Shown: in pieces, positions 8,506-17,294 of the stretch | Position numbering within the stretch: the first letter of the stretch is position 1 | Layout of the letters: the number at the start of each line of letters is the position of its first letter | Assembly: GCF_002812985.1 (NCBI RefSeq) | Contig: NZ_PGCP01000020.1 | Coordinates: forward strand, 48,634 to 72,633 | Reading direction: 5' to 3' | Origin: Aeromonas lusitana | Lineage (GTDB): Bacteria; Pseudomonadota; Gammaproteobacteria; Enterobacterales; Aeromonadaceae | Length of the DNA: 24,000 nucleotides | Made by a program: the position numbers and the translations under genes | The notes under the pieces: generated by a model | What the model saw: the letters and a program-made list of their open reading frames with translations, nothing else | Database searches by the model: none | Told to the model about the DNA's origin: nothing

Positions 8506-10155
8506 ATGGCACAGCATCCTCACGCCGGCAAGCCGGCTCGTTTAAGCGACCTGACCAACATTCCCCGCCTGGTCAGCGCCTACTACCTGAACAAGCCGGA
8601 CATGAGCAGCCCAGAGCAGCGGGTGGCCTTCGGCACCTCCGGCCATCGCGGCAGCGCCCTGTACAGCGCCTTCAACGAATCCCATATCCTGGCGGTGACC
8701 CAGGCCCTGGTGGAGTATCGCCAGCAGGCCGGCATCACAGGGCCCCTGTTCGTCGGCATGGATACCCACGCCCTGTCTGAATCCGCCTTTGCCAGCGCGG
8801 TGGAAGTGCTGGCGGCCAATGGGGTCGAGACCCGCATCCAGGCCGGCCTTGGTTTCACGCCGACCCCGGTCATCTCCCACGCCATCCTGCGCCACAATGC
8901 TGGCAAGCCGGCGGCCCTGGCGGACGGCGTGGTGATCACCCCGTCCCACAACCCGCCGGAAGACGGTGGCTTTAAGTACAACCCGCCCCACGGCGGCCCC
9001 GCCGAGGGTGAGATCACCAAGTGGGTGGAAGACCGCGCCAACGCGATTCTGGAAGCGAACCTGGCTGGCGTGAAGCGGATGCCCTTTGCCGAGGCGCTGG
9101 CGAGTGAGCTGGTGGTCGAGCACGACTACGTCACCCCTTATGTGGACGATCTGGAGAACGTGCTGGATCTGGCGGCTATCAAGCGCGCTGGCATCAAGAT
9201 CGGGGTAGACCCCCTCGGCGGCTCCGGCGTCGCCTACTGGGATGTCATCGCCAAGCGTTACGATCTCGACATCGAGGTGGTCAACTACCGCGTCGATCCG
9301 ACCTTCTCCTTTATGACCCTGGACAAGGACGGCAAGATCCGGATGGACTGCTCCAGTCCGTTCGCCATGGCCGGCCTGATTGCGCTCAAAGACAAGTTCG
9401 ACATCGCCCTTGGCAACGATCCTGACTACGACCGTCACGGCATCGTCACCAAGGCCGGCCTGATGAACCCGAACCACTACCTGGCGGTGGCCATCCAGTA
9501 CCTGTTCACCCACAGAACCGGCTGGGCAAAAGAGGCCGCTGTCGGCAAGACGCTGGTCTCCTCCTCCATGATTGACCGGGTCGCCGGCGAGAGCGGTCGC
9601 ACCCTGAAAGAGGTGCCGGTCGGCTTCAAGTGGTTCGTTGACGGCCTCTACAGTGGCGAGTTCGGCTTCGGTGGTGAGGAGAGCGCGGGCGCCTCCTTCC
9701 TGCGCAAGGACGGCACCGTCTGGACCACCGACAAGGATGGCTTCATTCTGGCCCTTCTGGCCGCCGAGATCCTGGCCGTCACCGGCAAGGATCCCCAGGC
9801 CCACTACGATGCCCTGGAGGCCAAGTTCGGCCGCTCCAGCTATCGCCGCATCGATGCCCCGGCCAATGGCGCACAAAAAGCCGTGCTCTCCAAGCTGGAT
9901 CCGGCGCTGGTGGAAGCCTCCACCCTGGCAGGTGACCCCATCCTCGCCAAGCTGACCAAGGCTCCCGGCAATGATGCCGCCATCGGTGGTTTGAAGGTGG
10001 TGACCGAGCATGGCTGGTTCGCGGCGCGTCCTTCCGGCACCGAGTCCATCTACAAGATCTACATGGAGAGCTTCAAGGGCGAGGCACACCTGGACCTTAT
10101 TCAGCAGGAGGCTCAGCTGATCGTCTCCGCCGCCCTGGCCAAGGCCGGCGTCTAA
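8506..10155 (+). CDS. pgm: Phosphoglucomutase (alpha-D-glucose-phosphate specific)
   Basis: 549-aa ORF with the phosphoserine loop [16 protein letters not shown] and the GEESAG sugar-binding motif. AAGGAAA Shine-Dalgarno. Syntenic downstream of seqA. Confidence 0.97.
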   Translation: MAQHPHAGKPARLSDLTNIPRLVSAYYLNKPDMSSPEQRVAFGTSGHRGSALYSAFNESHILAVTQALVEYRQQAGITGPLFVGMDTHALSESAFASAVEVLAANGVETRIQAGLGFTPTPVISHAILRHNAGKPAALADGVVITPSHNPPEDGGFKYNPPHGGPAEGEITKWVEDRANAILEANLAGVKRMPFAEALASELVVEHDYVTPYVDDLENVLDLAAIKRAGIKIGVDPLGGSGVAYWDVIAKRYDLDIEVVNYRVDPTFSFMTLDKDGKIRMDCSSPFAMAGLIALKDKFDIALGNDPDYDRHGIVTKAGLMNPNHYLAVAIQYLFTHRTGWAKEAAVGKTLVSSSMIDRVAGESGRTLKEVPVGFKWFVDGLYSGEFGFGGEESAGASFLRKDGTVWTTDKDGFILALLAAEILAVTGKDPQAHYDALEAKFGRSSYRRIDAPANGAQKAVLSKLDPALVEASTLAGDPILAKLTKAPGNDAAIGGLKVVTEHGWFAARPSGTESIYKIYMESFKGEAHLDLIQQEAQLIVSAALAKAGV

Positions 10156-10181
10156 GTCGTCTGCGACTCAACCCATGCGAA

Positions 10182-10209
10182 AGAGGAGCCCTGGTGGCTC
10201 CTCTTTTTT
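10182..10209 (+). terminator. Intrinsic terminator after pgm
   Basis: 9-bp stem: agaggagcc (10182-10190) pairs with ggctcctct (10196-10204), loop ctggt, followed by a T-run to 10209. Confidence 0.8.
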
Positions 10210-10227
10210 ATGCAGCTTTAGCAACAG

Positions 10228-11109
10228 CTAACCGTTGTCAGTTCTATCGGTGGCAGCCTTGCGGGTCTGCCAGCGTTTGAAGAAAGGGCGGGCCGGCAGC
10301 TTCATCAGGAATAGGGAAAGCAGGATCACCCCTATGCCGAGCCACTGGCGGCCATCCAGGCTCTCTCCCACCATGAGCACCCCGAGGGATACCGCCACCA
10401 TGGGGTTGGTGAGGGCCAGCATGCCCATCACCTCGGGGCCGTGGCGCTTGAGGCCCCACAGCCAGGCCCAGTAAGCCAGCGCCGTGTTGAGCAGGATTAG
10501 CCAGCCAAAGGCGGGGGCACTCGCCAGCTGAGGCATGGGCATGGGCCCTGCCAGCCACCAGGCCAGCGGGATCAGCATCAGGCCGCCGAGCAGCAGTTGC
10601 CAGGCGGTGAGGGCCAGCAGATCGCTCACCGGCCAGCGCTGCATCCAGCGGCTGGATTGGCCGATGAGCACGGTGGCGAGCAGGGCGCAGGCGACACCGA
10701 CGGGATCCAGGTTGGCGGAGGGGTTGAGCAGCAGCAAGACACCGGCCAGCCCCATCAGCCCCAGCAGCAGCCACTTGAGGGTCGGCCGCTTGCCATCCTG
10801 CAGCCAGGCCAGCGCCATCAGGATGAGCGGCAGGGTGGCGCCGAGGGTGCCCGCCACGGCGCCCGGCAGGCGGAAGGCTGCCACGAACAGCAGGGCGAAG
10901 AAGGCGGTGATGTTGCAAAATGCCAGCAGGAATTGGCGGCTCCAGGTGAGCGGCGGCCAGCGCGGATGCAGCAACAGCAGCAAGACGCCGGCGGGGAGCG
11001 CTCGCCACACCGCCACCCAGTAAGGGGAGTAGTCGGTCAGGTAGAGGCTGACGAGGGCATAGGTGCTGCCCCACAACAGGGGGGCGAGCAGGGCGATCAG
11101 CAGCGGCAT
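10228..11109 (-). CDS. EamA/DMT-family transporter
   Basis: About 10 hydrophobic helices in two EamA-like halves. It begins MPLLIALLAPLLWGSTYALV from ATG 11109. The longer track start (11148) would place the operator palindrome inside the coding sequence, so the shorter start is preferred. Confidence 0.88.
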   Translation of the reverse strand: MPLLIALLAPLLWGSTYALVSLYLTDYSPYWVAVWRALPAGVLLLLLHPRWPPLTWSRQFLLAFCNITAFFALLFVAAFRLPGAVAGTLGATLPLILMALAWLQDGKRPTLKWLLLGLMGLAGVLLLLNPSANLDPVGVACALLATVLIGQSSRWMQRWPVSDLLALTAWQLLLGGLMLIPLAWWLAGPMPMPQLASAPAFGWLILLNTALAYWAWLWGLKRHGPEVMGMLALTNPMVAVSLGVLMVGESLDGRQWLGIGVILLSLFLMKLPARPFFKRWQTRKAATDRTDNG

Positions 11110-11126
11110 GGCTATCTCACGAAGAA

Positions 11127-11146
11127 GTATCTTTAAGTAAAGATAC
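11127..11146. promoter_or_regulatory. Perfect 9-2-9 palindrome, candidate MarR operator
   Basis: GTATCTTTA-AG-TAAAGATAC lies in the EamA/MarR divergent intergenic region. Confidence 0.55.
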
Positions 11147-11173
11147 ATTAGCCACGAGTTGGTTTATTATCAA

Positions 11174-11193
11174 GTATCTTTACGAAAAGATAA
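11174..11193. promoter_or_regulatory. Second, imperfect copy of the same palindrome
   Basis: GTATCTTTA-CG-AAAAGATAA: the left half-site is identical and 7 of 9 positions match in the right half. It ends 8 nt upstream of the MarR ATG and overlaps the region just before the GGAG Shine-Dalgarno. Confidence 0.5.
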
Positions 11194-11200
11194 TGGAGCC

Positions 11201-11686
11201 ATGATGGAGACAGATCACGTGGATCTGCTGCTGGAGCAATGGGCCCGGCAGCGGCCGGATCTCGATTGCAGCCCCATGGGGGTGTTTGGGCGAGTGGCGC
11301 GGATGGCAGCCATCGCCGGGCGCGAGATCAACGACGAGTTGAAAGAGTGCGGCCTGCTGGGCTCGGATTTCGACATACTGGCGACCCTGCGCCGCGCCGG
11401 TGAGCCGCTGACCCCCACCGCCCTCTATCAGTCCGCCATGCTCACCTCGGGGGCCATGACGGCGCGCCTCGACAAGCTGGCGGAGCGGGGCCTCATCGAG
11501 CGCCAGGCCGCCCCGAGCGACAGGCGAAGCCTCTTGGTCTGTTTGACGGCAGAGGGACGGGAGCTTATCGATTTGGCGGTGGAGCGGCACGTGGCGAACG
11601 AGCAGCGCCTGCTGTCCCCCTTGACCCAGGCCGAGCAGACGCAACTGGCAGACTTGCTCAAACGCTGGCTGCTGGAGAACGAATAG
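11201..11686 (+). CDS. MarR-family transcriptional regulator
   Basis: From ATG 11201 (GGAG Shine-Dalgarno at 11195-11198) the ORF has MarR length and a winged-helix region (FDILATLRRAGEPLTPTALYQSAMLTSGAMTARLDKLAERGLIERQAAPSDRR). Confidence 0.9.
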   Translation: MMETDHVDLLLEQWARQRPDLDCSPMGVFGRVARMAAIAGREINDELKECGLLGSDFDILATLRRAGEPLTPTALYQSAMLTSGAMTARLDKLAERGLIERQAAPSDRRSLLVCLTAEGRELIDLAVERHVANEQRLLSPLTQAEQTQLADLLKRWLLENE

Positions 11687-11687
11687 C

Positions 11688-11712
11688 AAAACGGGCCTGA
11701 TGGCCCGTTTTT
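11688..11712. terminator. Bidirectional terminator between convergent MarR gene and mltB
   Basis: AAAA, stem cgggcc, loop tgat, stem ggcccg, then TTTTT. Hairpin with A- and T-tracts on either side. Confidence 0.8.
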
Positions 11713-11726
11713 ACGTTTTAGCAGAA

Positions 11727-12818
11727 TTAATAACTGCCTTTGGCATCTTTCACCGCAAGACCCAGCTGCCACACCGCCATGGCGTAGTGGGTGCTGTGGT
11801 TGTAGCGGGTGATGGCGTAGAAGTTCGGCAGGCCGTACCAGTATTGATAGCCGGTCCCCACGTCCAGACGCAGCAGGCTCGCCTCCTTGTGGTTGCCAAG
11901 GGAGGCGATGGGGGCGAGGCCGGCGCCGCGCAGGGTGGCGACCGGGTAGCGGGTCTGGAAGCCGTGTTCATAGCCGGGCAATTGGCCCTGGCCGCGCACC
12001 GCCACCGGTTGTCCCTTCTCCCAGCCGTGGGCTTTGAAGTAGTTCGCTACGCTGCCGATGGCATCCACCGGATCCCAGAGGTTGGTGTGACCGTTGCCGT
12101 TGAAGTCCACCGCATAGCTGCGAAAACTCGATGGCATGAACTGGCCATAGCCCATGGCGCCGGCGTAGGAGCCCTGCGGCTGTGCAGGATCCATGCCTTC
12201 GTCCCGGGTCATCACCAGGAAGGCTTCCAGCTCGCCGGTGAAGAACTCGGCCCGGCGCGGATAGTCAAACGCCAGGGTCGCCAGGGCATCCAGGATGCGG
12301 GTCTTGCCCATTACCCGACCCCAGCGGGTCTCCACCCCTATGATGCCGACGATGATCTCCGGCGGTACGCCGTAGATCTGTTGCGCCCGGTTGAGCTCGC
12401 TCTCGTATTCGCGCCAGAAGTTGACGCCGTTTTGCACATTGTCCGGGGTGATGAACTTGGCGCGATAGCGGTTCCAGGCCCCGGTCGGGCCGGTCGGCGG
12501 CGTGGTGGTCGGGGCCTGGGCATCCATCAGGCGGATGATCCAGTCGTAGCGCTGGGCCTGGGCCAGCACCTGGTGCAGCTCGGCGTTGTCAAAACCGTGC
12601 TTCTCGACCATGCGCTGCACGAACCTGTCCACGTTGGGGCGATTGGCGAAATCCCCCTTGCTGACTCCCTGGCTGTAGACCGGCTTGCTTGGCGGCGTCT
12701 GGTTGATGAAGGCGCTGTTGGGCTGTGGCTTGACCACGGGCTTGGGTGCCGGTGTGCTGCTGCAGCTCTGAATGAGCGGCAGGGCGGAGAGGGTGAGCAG
12801 GCAGACAAGGCGACGCAT
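11727..12818 (-). CDS. mltB: Membrane-bound lytic murein transglycosylase B
   Basis: 363-aa ORF with a lipoprotein signal and lipobox (LSALPLIQSC). It carries the SLT_2/MltB hallmarks YAGAMGYGQFMPSSF and a C-terminal AITRYNHSTHYAMAV. Confidence 0.94.
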   Translation of the reverse strand: MRRLVCLLTLSALPLIQSCSSTPAPKPVVKPQPNSAFINQTPPSKPVYSQGVSKGDFANRPNVDRFVQRMVEKHGFDNAELHQVLAQAQRYDWIIRLMDAQAPTTTPPTGPTGAWNRYRAKFITPDNVQNGVNFWREYESELNRAQQIYGVPPEIIVGIIGVETRWGRVMGKTRILDALATLAFDYPRRAEFFTGELEAFLVMTRDEGMDPAQPQGSYAGAMGYGQFMPSSFRSYAVDFNGNGHTNLWDPVDAIGSVANYFKAHGWEKGQPVAVRGQGQLPGYEHGFQTRYPVATLRGAGLAPIASLGNHKEASLLRLDVGTGYQYWYGLPNFYAITRYNHSTHYAMAVWQLGLAVKDAKGSY

Positions 12819-12913
12819 AGGGATTCTCGGGGACTGGAACTAGAGTGACGTCATGGTAAAACATTGGCGTCCATTCGCAAGTGCCGAGTCGTATCGCCGC
12901 CTCTCAAATGAAT

Positions 12914-13519
12914 CTAGTCCCGCAAGGTGTGGTAACCGCTCCAGAGCCGGGTGAGTGTGGTGATGAAGCAGAGCAGGGCGAAGCCGTAGGCAAGCCACCC
13001 GAAGGCCGCGGGCCAGAGGCACATCAGCACGAACAGGGTGATGGTCTCGCTCCCCTCGGTGAGGCCGCCGAGATAGTAGAGGGACTTGTGGTGATAGACG
13101 GGGTTCTCGATCCCCCGTTTGCCCGCCATGATGGCGAAGGCCAGGAAACTCGAGCCCGTGCCCATGAAGGCGAACAGCAGGGTGGCGGCGGGCAGTGCGT
13201 TGGCGGGATCAGAGAGGGCAAAGCCTAGCACCACGGCGGCGTAGAAGATGAAGTCCAGCGTGATGTCGAGGAAGCCGCCGCAGTCTGTGATGCCGTTCTG
13301 GCGCGCCACGGCGCCGTCCAGCCCATCCAGCAGCCGATTGCAAAGAATGGCAATCAGGGCCCAGCCGTGCAGCCCCAGCGCCAGTAGCGGCAGGGCCAGC
13401 ATGCCGATGGCAAAGCCGACGAGGCTTATCTGGTTGGCGCTGACCCCGGCTCGGCACAAGGGAGTGGCCATGAGTGCCAGGGGGCGACGAAGAAGGGGAA
13501 TGATGCGGCTATCGAACAA
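12914..13519 (-). CDS. CDP-alcohol phosphatidyltransferase-family membrane protein (YnjF-like)
   Basis: 201-aa ORF with the family signature D-G-x2-A-R-x8-G-x3-D-x3-D, seen as DGLDGAVARQNGITDCGGFLDITLD. Several TM helices. TTG start at 13519 is preceded by GAGGAG, with an 8-nt gap after it. Confidence 0.87.
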   Translation of the reverse strand: MFDSRIIPLLRRPLALMATPLCRAGVSANQISLVGFAIGMLALPLLALGLHGWALIAILCNRLLDGLDGAVARQNGITDCGGFLDITLDFIFYAAVVLGFALSDPANALPAATLLFAFMGTGSSFLAFAIMAGKRGIENPVYHHKSLYYLGGLTEGSETITLFVLMCLWPAAFGWLAYGFALLCFITTLTRLWSGYHTLRD

Positions 13520-13521
13520 GG

Positions 13522-13608
13522 TCAGATCTCCTCATGTATGGGGGAAGTGGGGGGCATAAGGTCAAGAATGGCGCCCGGCGCATCCTCCTCATCGTGAGTG
13601 ACCGGCAT
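13522..13608 (-). pseudogene. Duplicated 3' fragment of the ABC ATPase gene (28-codon ORF MPVTHDEEDAPGAILDLMPPTSPIHEEI)
   Basis: Lies in repeat unit 1 and repeats the H-loop block VTHDEEDAPGAIL of the upstream ATPase. Whether it is translated is unknown. Confidence 0.4.
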
Positions 13609-13833
13609 GAGAGGGGATCTGTCATGGCGATCAGTCAAGGCCGAGTTTCTCTTTATCAGAGCAGGGGGTTGTCAGTGTCAGTATGGCGCCCGGTGCATCC
13701 TCTTCATCATGGGTGACCTGCATGAGAAGGGATCTGTCATGGCGATCAGTCAAGGTCGGGTTCCTCTTTATCAGAGCAGGGGGTTGTCAGTGCCAGTATG
13801 GCGCCCGGCGCATCGTCCTCGTCGTGGGTTACC
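13568..13833. repeat. Tandem direct repeat, period 115 bp, 2 full units plus a 36-bp partial third unit
   Basis: Units at 13568-13682 and 13683-13797 are identical at 105 of 115 positions (counted by hand). The third copy (13798-13833) is the genuine 3' end of the ATPase CDS. Confidence 0.92.
13631..13723 (-). pseudogene. Duplicated 3' fragment of the ABC ATPase gene (30-codon ORF MQVTHDEEDAPGAILTLTTPCSDKEKLGLD)
   Basis: Lies in repeat unit 2 and mirrors the real C-terminus ...VTHDEDDAPGAILALTTPCSDKEEPDLD. No obvious Shine-Dalgarno. Confidence 0.4.
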
Positions 13834-14420
13834 AGGATGGCCGGGATCCGGCGCGCGGCGATACGCTCGAACACCAGGGTGCGAAACGCGGCTCGCAGCG
13901 GCTTGTCGAGGCGCGAGAAGGGTTCGTCCAGCAGCAGGGCCCGGGGTTCGGCGAGCAGGGCACGCAGCAAGCTGACGCGTGCCTTCTGACCGCCGGAGAG
14001 CTGGCCGGGCAGCATGTCCGCCTGATCCACAAGCCCCACCTCGCCGAGCGCCGCCAGCGCGGCGGCCCGCCGGACGGCCATCCCCTTGAGATAAGCCGGC
14101 ATGCCAAACATCAGGTTCTCCGCCACCGTCAGGTGAGCGAACAGCAGATCCTCCTGAAACAACATGCCGATCTGCCTCTGCTGGGGCGGCAGAGTGGTGA
14201 GTGGCCGCTCACCGAGCCAGAGCTCGCCATCCAGCCTGAAAGGGCCCCTCCCTGTTAAAGAGCCGGGCAAGACCCCCGCCAGCGCCGCCAGCAAGGAGCT
14301 CTTGCCGCAGCCGCTCGGCCCCATCAGGGTCAGCACCTCGCCGGGGGCGACCGCCAGCGGCGGCAGATGGAGCAGGGGCTTGCCGTGCAGGCTCAGGGTG
14401 AGGGCGCCGGTTTTCAACAT
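13746..14420 (-). CDS. ABC transporter ATP-binding protein (short, YnjD/ThiQ-like)
   Basis: Walker A GPSGCGKSS, signature LSGGQKARVSL, Walker B LLLDEPFS, H-loop VTHD. The start ATG 14420 overlaps the permease stop (ATGTTGA coupling). The longer track ORF (to 14690) is an upstream read-through artefact. Confidence 0.92.
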   Translation of the reverse strand: MLKTGALTLSLHGKPLLHLPPLAVAPGEVLTLMGPSGCGKSSLLAALAGVLPGSLTGRGPFRLDGELWLGERPLTTLPPQQRQIGMLFQEDLLFAHLTVAENLMFGMPAYLKGMAVRRAAALAALGEVGLVDQADMLPGQLSGGQKARVSLLRALLAEPRALLLDEPFSRLDKPLRAAFRTLVFERIAARRIPAILVTHDEDDAPGAILALTTPCSDKEEPDLD

Positions 14421-16078
14421 GACTCGTGTCTCGTGGCTGGGTTGATACGGCCCGGCAGCCAGAGTACCAGGGCATACACGCAAAGTGGCAGCAGCAGTTG
14501 CAGCAGGCCATAGAGCCCCGCCAGCCGCCGGTTGAGGCCGCTGCCGATGGCTACCGCCTCCGTGGTGATGGTGACGACGCGACCGGCGCCAAACAGCAGG
14601 GTCGGCAGGTACTGCGCCAGGCTCACCGCGGCGCCGACCCCGAAGGCGAACAGCAGGGGGCGCGCCAGCAGGGGGGCCTTCACCCGCCACCAGGCCCGCC
14701 AGGGGCTGGCGCCAAGCAGCAGGGCCGCCTGTGCGATACGAGGGTCAAATTGACGATAGGGGCCGTGCAGGCAGAGATAGACATAGGGCGCCACGAACAA
14801 CAGCTGGCTCCAGAGCACCCAGCCCCAGCCGATGCCATCTCCCTGCCACCCGGCGCCGAGCCAGTCCACTTGCAGCCGCAGCCCGAACAGCAGGCTGGCC
14901 TGGGGCAGCAGCAGCGGCAAACAGATGAGCCAGAGCGGCCAGGGGCGCCTGTCTTGCTGCGCCTCCAGGCTGAGCACCACCAGCAGGAGTGACAGGCCGG
15001 CGCTCGCGATGGCGAGCAGCAGGCTCTGCCCGAGCAGGGGGCCCAGGCTGGGCAACAGATCCAGCCAGTAACGGGCACTCCACTGGGTCGGCAACAGCGC
15101 CGGGAAGGACCAGCGCCGGGTCAGGGACCAGAGCAGCAGGCTGGCCAGCACCAGCAGATTGATGATAAGCAGCCCCCAGATGGCTGACGCCGTCAGGGCG
15201 CCGGCGAGGGCAGAGGGGGCCGCCCGCCGACCATTGAGGCTATGTGCCTTACCCATGTTCAGATGAACCCATTCCAGCAACCTGAGCCCAGCCAGCAGCA
15301 AGAGGTTGGCGGCCAGCAGCAGCAGGGCGCCGCTGGCACAGGCGCCGCGCCAGTGCAGATCCGGGTCCTGATACCAGAGCCAGAGCCGCACCGCCAGGGT
15401 GGGCGGCGCATCGGGCCCCAGTAGCTGGGCGAGATCCACCACCCCCAGGCCATAGGCCGCCACCGCATAGAGCGGCAGGCGCAGGGCGGGCCAGAGCGCG
15501 GGCAGCAGCAGGCGCCACCAGACTTGAGGCCCACAAAAGCCCAGGGTGTGGCCGAGCCATTGCTGGCGAGCCACCCGGGCAGGATCCTGCGCCGCGAGGG
15601 CCATCAGCAGCAGAAACGGCGTCTCCTTGAGGATGAGGGCGACGATGAGCCCGAGTCCGAGCGGGTCTTTCAGGGTCTGCCAGTCGGGGGGGAGATCGGC
15701 AAAACCGAGTACAGGGGCGAGCAGGCGCAGCAGCCAGCCTGAGGGGGCGAGCAGGAAGGCAAAGCCGATGGCGAAGGCGACGTGGGGCAGGGCCAGCAAG
15801 GGGGAGAGCAGGCGGCGCAAGCGCGCCATCCAGCGGCTGCCCTCGCCGTGAGCGAGCAGCAAGGCAGTCAGCAGCAGGGCCCCCAGGGTCGAGGCAGCCG
15901 CTACCCAGAGGCTCAGCCCCAGGGAGTGCCAGAGCCCGGGCTGACTCAGCAGCAGGCGCAGGTTGTCGGCGGCCATGCCCTCGATCAGCAGCAGTAGCAA
16001 GCCACCGACGAGCGGTGCGGCCAGCAGCAGGCCACAGGAAAGCAGCAAGAGCAGGCGTCCCGAACCCCAGCTGTTCAT
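14414..16078 (-). CDS. ABC transporter permease, double-domain (YnjC/ThiP-like)
   Basis: 554-aa, highly hydrophobic, about 12 TM helices in two permease halves. Its ATG overlaps the stop of the binding-protein gene (ATGA at 16078). Confidence 0.92.
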   Translation of the reverse strand: MNSWGSGRLLLLLSCGLLLAAPLVGGLLLLLIEGMAADNLRLLLSQPGLWHSLGLSLWVAAASTLGALLLTALLLAHGEGSRWMARLRRLLSPLLALPHVAFAIGFAFLLAPSGWLLRLLAPVLGFADLPPDWQTLKDPLGLGLIVALILKETPFLLLMALAAQDPARVARQQWLGHTLGFCGPQVWWRLLLPALWPALRLPLYAVAAYGLGVVDLAQLLGPDAPPTLAVRLWLWYQDPDLHWRGACASGALLLLAANLLLLAGLRLLEWVHLNMGKAHSLNGRRAAPSALAGALTASAIWGLLIINLLVLASLLLWSLTRRWSFPALLPTQWSARYWLDLLPSLGPLLGQSLLLAIASAGLSLLLVVLSLEAQQDRRPWPLWLICLPLLLPQASLLFGLRLQVDWLGAGWQGDGIGWGWVLWSQLLFVAPYVYLCLHGPYRQFDPRIAQAALLLGASPWRAWWRVKAPLLARPLLFAFGVGAAVSLAQYLPTLLFGAGRVVTITTEAVAIGSGLNRRLAGLYGLLQLLLPLCVYALVLWLPGRINPATRHESC

Positions 16079-17271
16079 CAGTGGCCGTAGCGTGCGGCCC
16101 AGGCCGCTTCCAGCCGCAGCTGCCAGCTGGGATGGGGTTCGGCCAGTGCCTTGAAGCGCAGGGCCGGGGCCGTGCCCTTGGGCAGGGCATCCCTTCGCAA
16201 GACGCTGGGATCGCCCCAGACGGCGACGTCGGCCTTGCGGGCCTGAGCGGCGGGGCTCAGCAGGAAGTTCGCCACCACCAGGGCGCTGGCCCGGGCGTTG
16301 GCGTTGAAGGGAATGGCGAGGAAGTGGCTGTTGGTCAGCGCCCCCTTGGCCATGGCGATGGCCTTGACGCCCGGCGGCAGGGTGCCGTTTTGCACCGAGC
16401 TTTGGGCCTCAGAGGGGTTGAAGCTGATGGCCATGGCGAGCTCGCCGTCATCCAGCAGTTGCTTGGTCTCGGCGGCGCCTGCCGGGAATAGCTTGCCCTT
16501 GCGCCAGAGCGCGGGATGGAGTGCATCGAGCCAGGCCCAGAGGGGCGCACTCAGACGTTCGAACTCTGCATCTGTCGCTTCTTGGTAGAGATGCGTGGGA
16601 TCTGGCGTCAACTCCAGCAGGATCTGCTTGAGAAAGCTCGAACCATGAAATTGTGGCGGCTTGGGATAAGTAAAGCGGCCGGGGTGGGTCTGGGCCCAGG
16701 CCAGCAGGGCCGCCGCCGAGGTCGGGGGCGTGCCGACCTCCTCTTCATTGACCATCAGATTGAGCTGCCCTATGCCCCAGGGGGCCTCCAGTCCCTCGAC
16801 CGGCACGGTGAAGTCCTGGTTGACCGGCAACTGTTGATCCACCAGAGCCATGTTGGGCAGATCGCCGGTGAAGGGCGCCCCCAGCAGCTGTTTGTCCTTG
16901 AGCGCCTTGAAGTTCTCGCCATTGACCCAGAGCAGGTCGATGGGGCTGCCGCTCTTCTTGCCTGCCTGCTGGTTGGCGAGCAACTGGCTGACGCTCTGGG
17001 CGATGTCATCCACCTTTACCTGCACCAGCTTGACCCCGTATTGGCGCTGGATCTCAGCGCTGGCCCACTGGAGGTAGGCGTTGATCTCCGGGCTGCCGCC
17101 CCAGGCGTTGAAGTAGACGGTCTGGCCGCGGGCCTCGCTCAGGGTCTGCTGCCAGCGCTCTGCTGCCGGTGGCGCCTCCTTTGCCTGCAGCCCGGGAGCC
17201 ATCAGGGTGCTGGCCAGCAACAGCAAACCTGGCAAGGGGTGGAGCAGGGCGCGAAGCCGGGTCTTGAACAT
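16078..17271 (-). CDS. Periplasmic substrate-binding protein of the ABC transporter (YnjB-like)
   Basis: From ATG 17271 it reads MFKTRLRALLHPLPGLLLLASTLMAPGLQA/KE (Sec signal), followed by an SBP-like sequence of about 370 aa. The N-terminal extension in the track ORF (to 17769) overlaps the upstream gene and is rejected. Confidence 0.9.
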   Translation of the reverse strand: MFKTRLRALLHPLPGLLLLASTLMAPGLQAKEAPPAAERWQQTLSEARGQTVYFNAWGGSPEINAYLQWASAEIQRQYGVKLVQVKVDDIAQSVSQLLANQQAGKKSGSPIDLLWVNGENFKALKDKQLLGAPFTGDLPNMALVDQQLPVNQDFTVPVEGLEAPWGIGQLNLMVNEEEVGTPPTSAAALLAWAQTHPGRFTYPKPPQFHGSSFLKQILLELTPDPTHLYQEATDAEFERLSAPLWAWLDALHPALWRKGKLFPAGAAETKQLLDDGELAMAISFNPSEAQSSVQNGTLPPGVKAIAMAKGALTNSHFLAIPFNANARASALVVANFLLSPAAQARKADVAVWGDPSVLRRDALPKGTAPALRFKALAEPHPSWQLRLEAAWAARYGH

Positions 17272-17294
17272 GTGATGACCTCTTGCAAATGGGA

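Noticed and set aside
13568-13833. Possibility that the tandem repeat is a CRISPR array
   Set aside because: The 115-bp period is far too long, the units are contiguous with no unique spacers, there are only 2.3 copies, and no cas genes are nearby.
13534-14258. Plus-strand ORFs repeatedly beginning MAPGASSSSWVT (13683-14258, 13798-13989, and the related 13534-13716 and 13598-13975)
   Set aside because: They are the antisense reading of the 115-bp repeat and the ATPase gene. The repeated N-terminus simply reflects the DNA repeat, and nothing supports coding.
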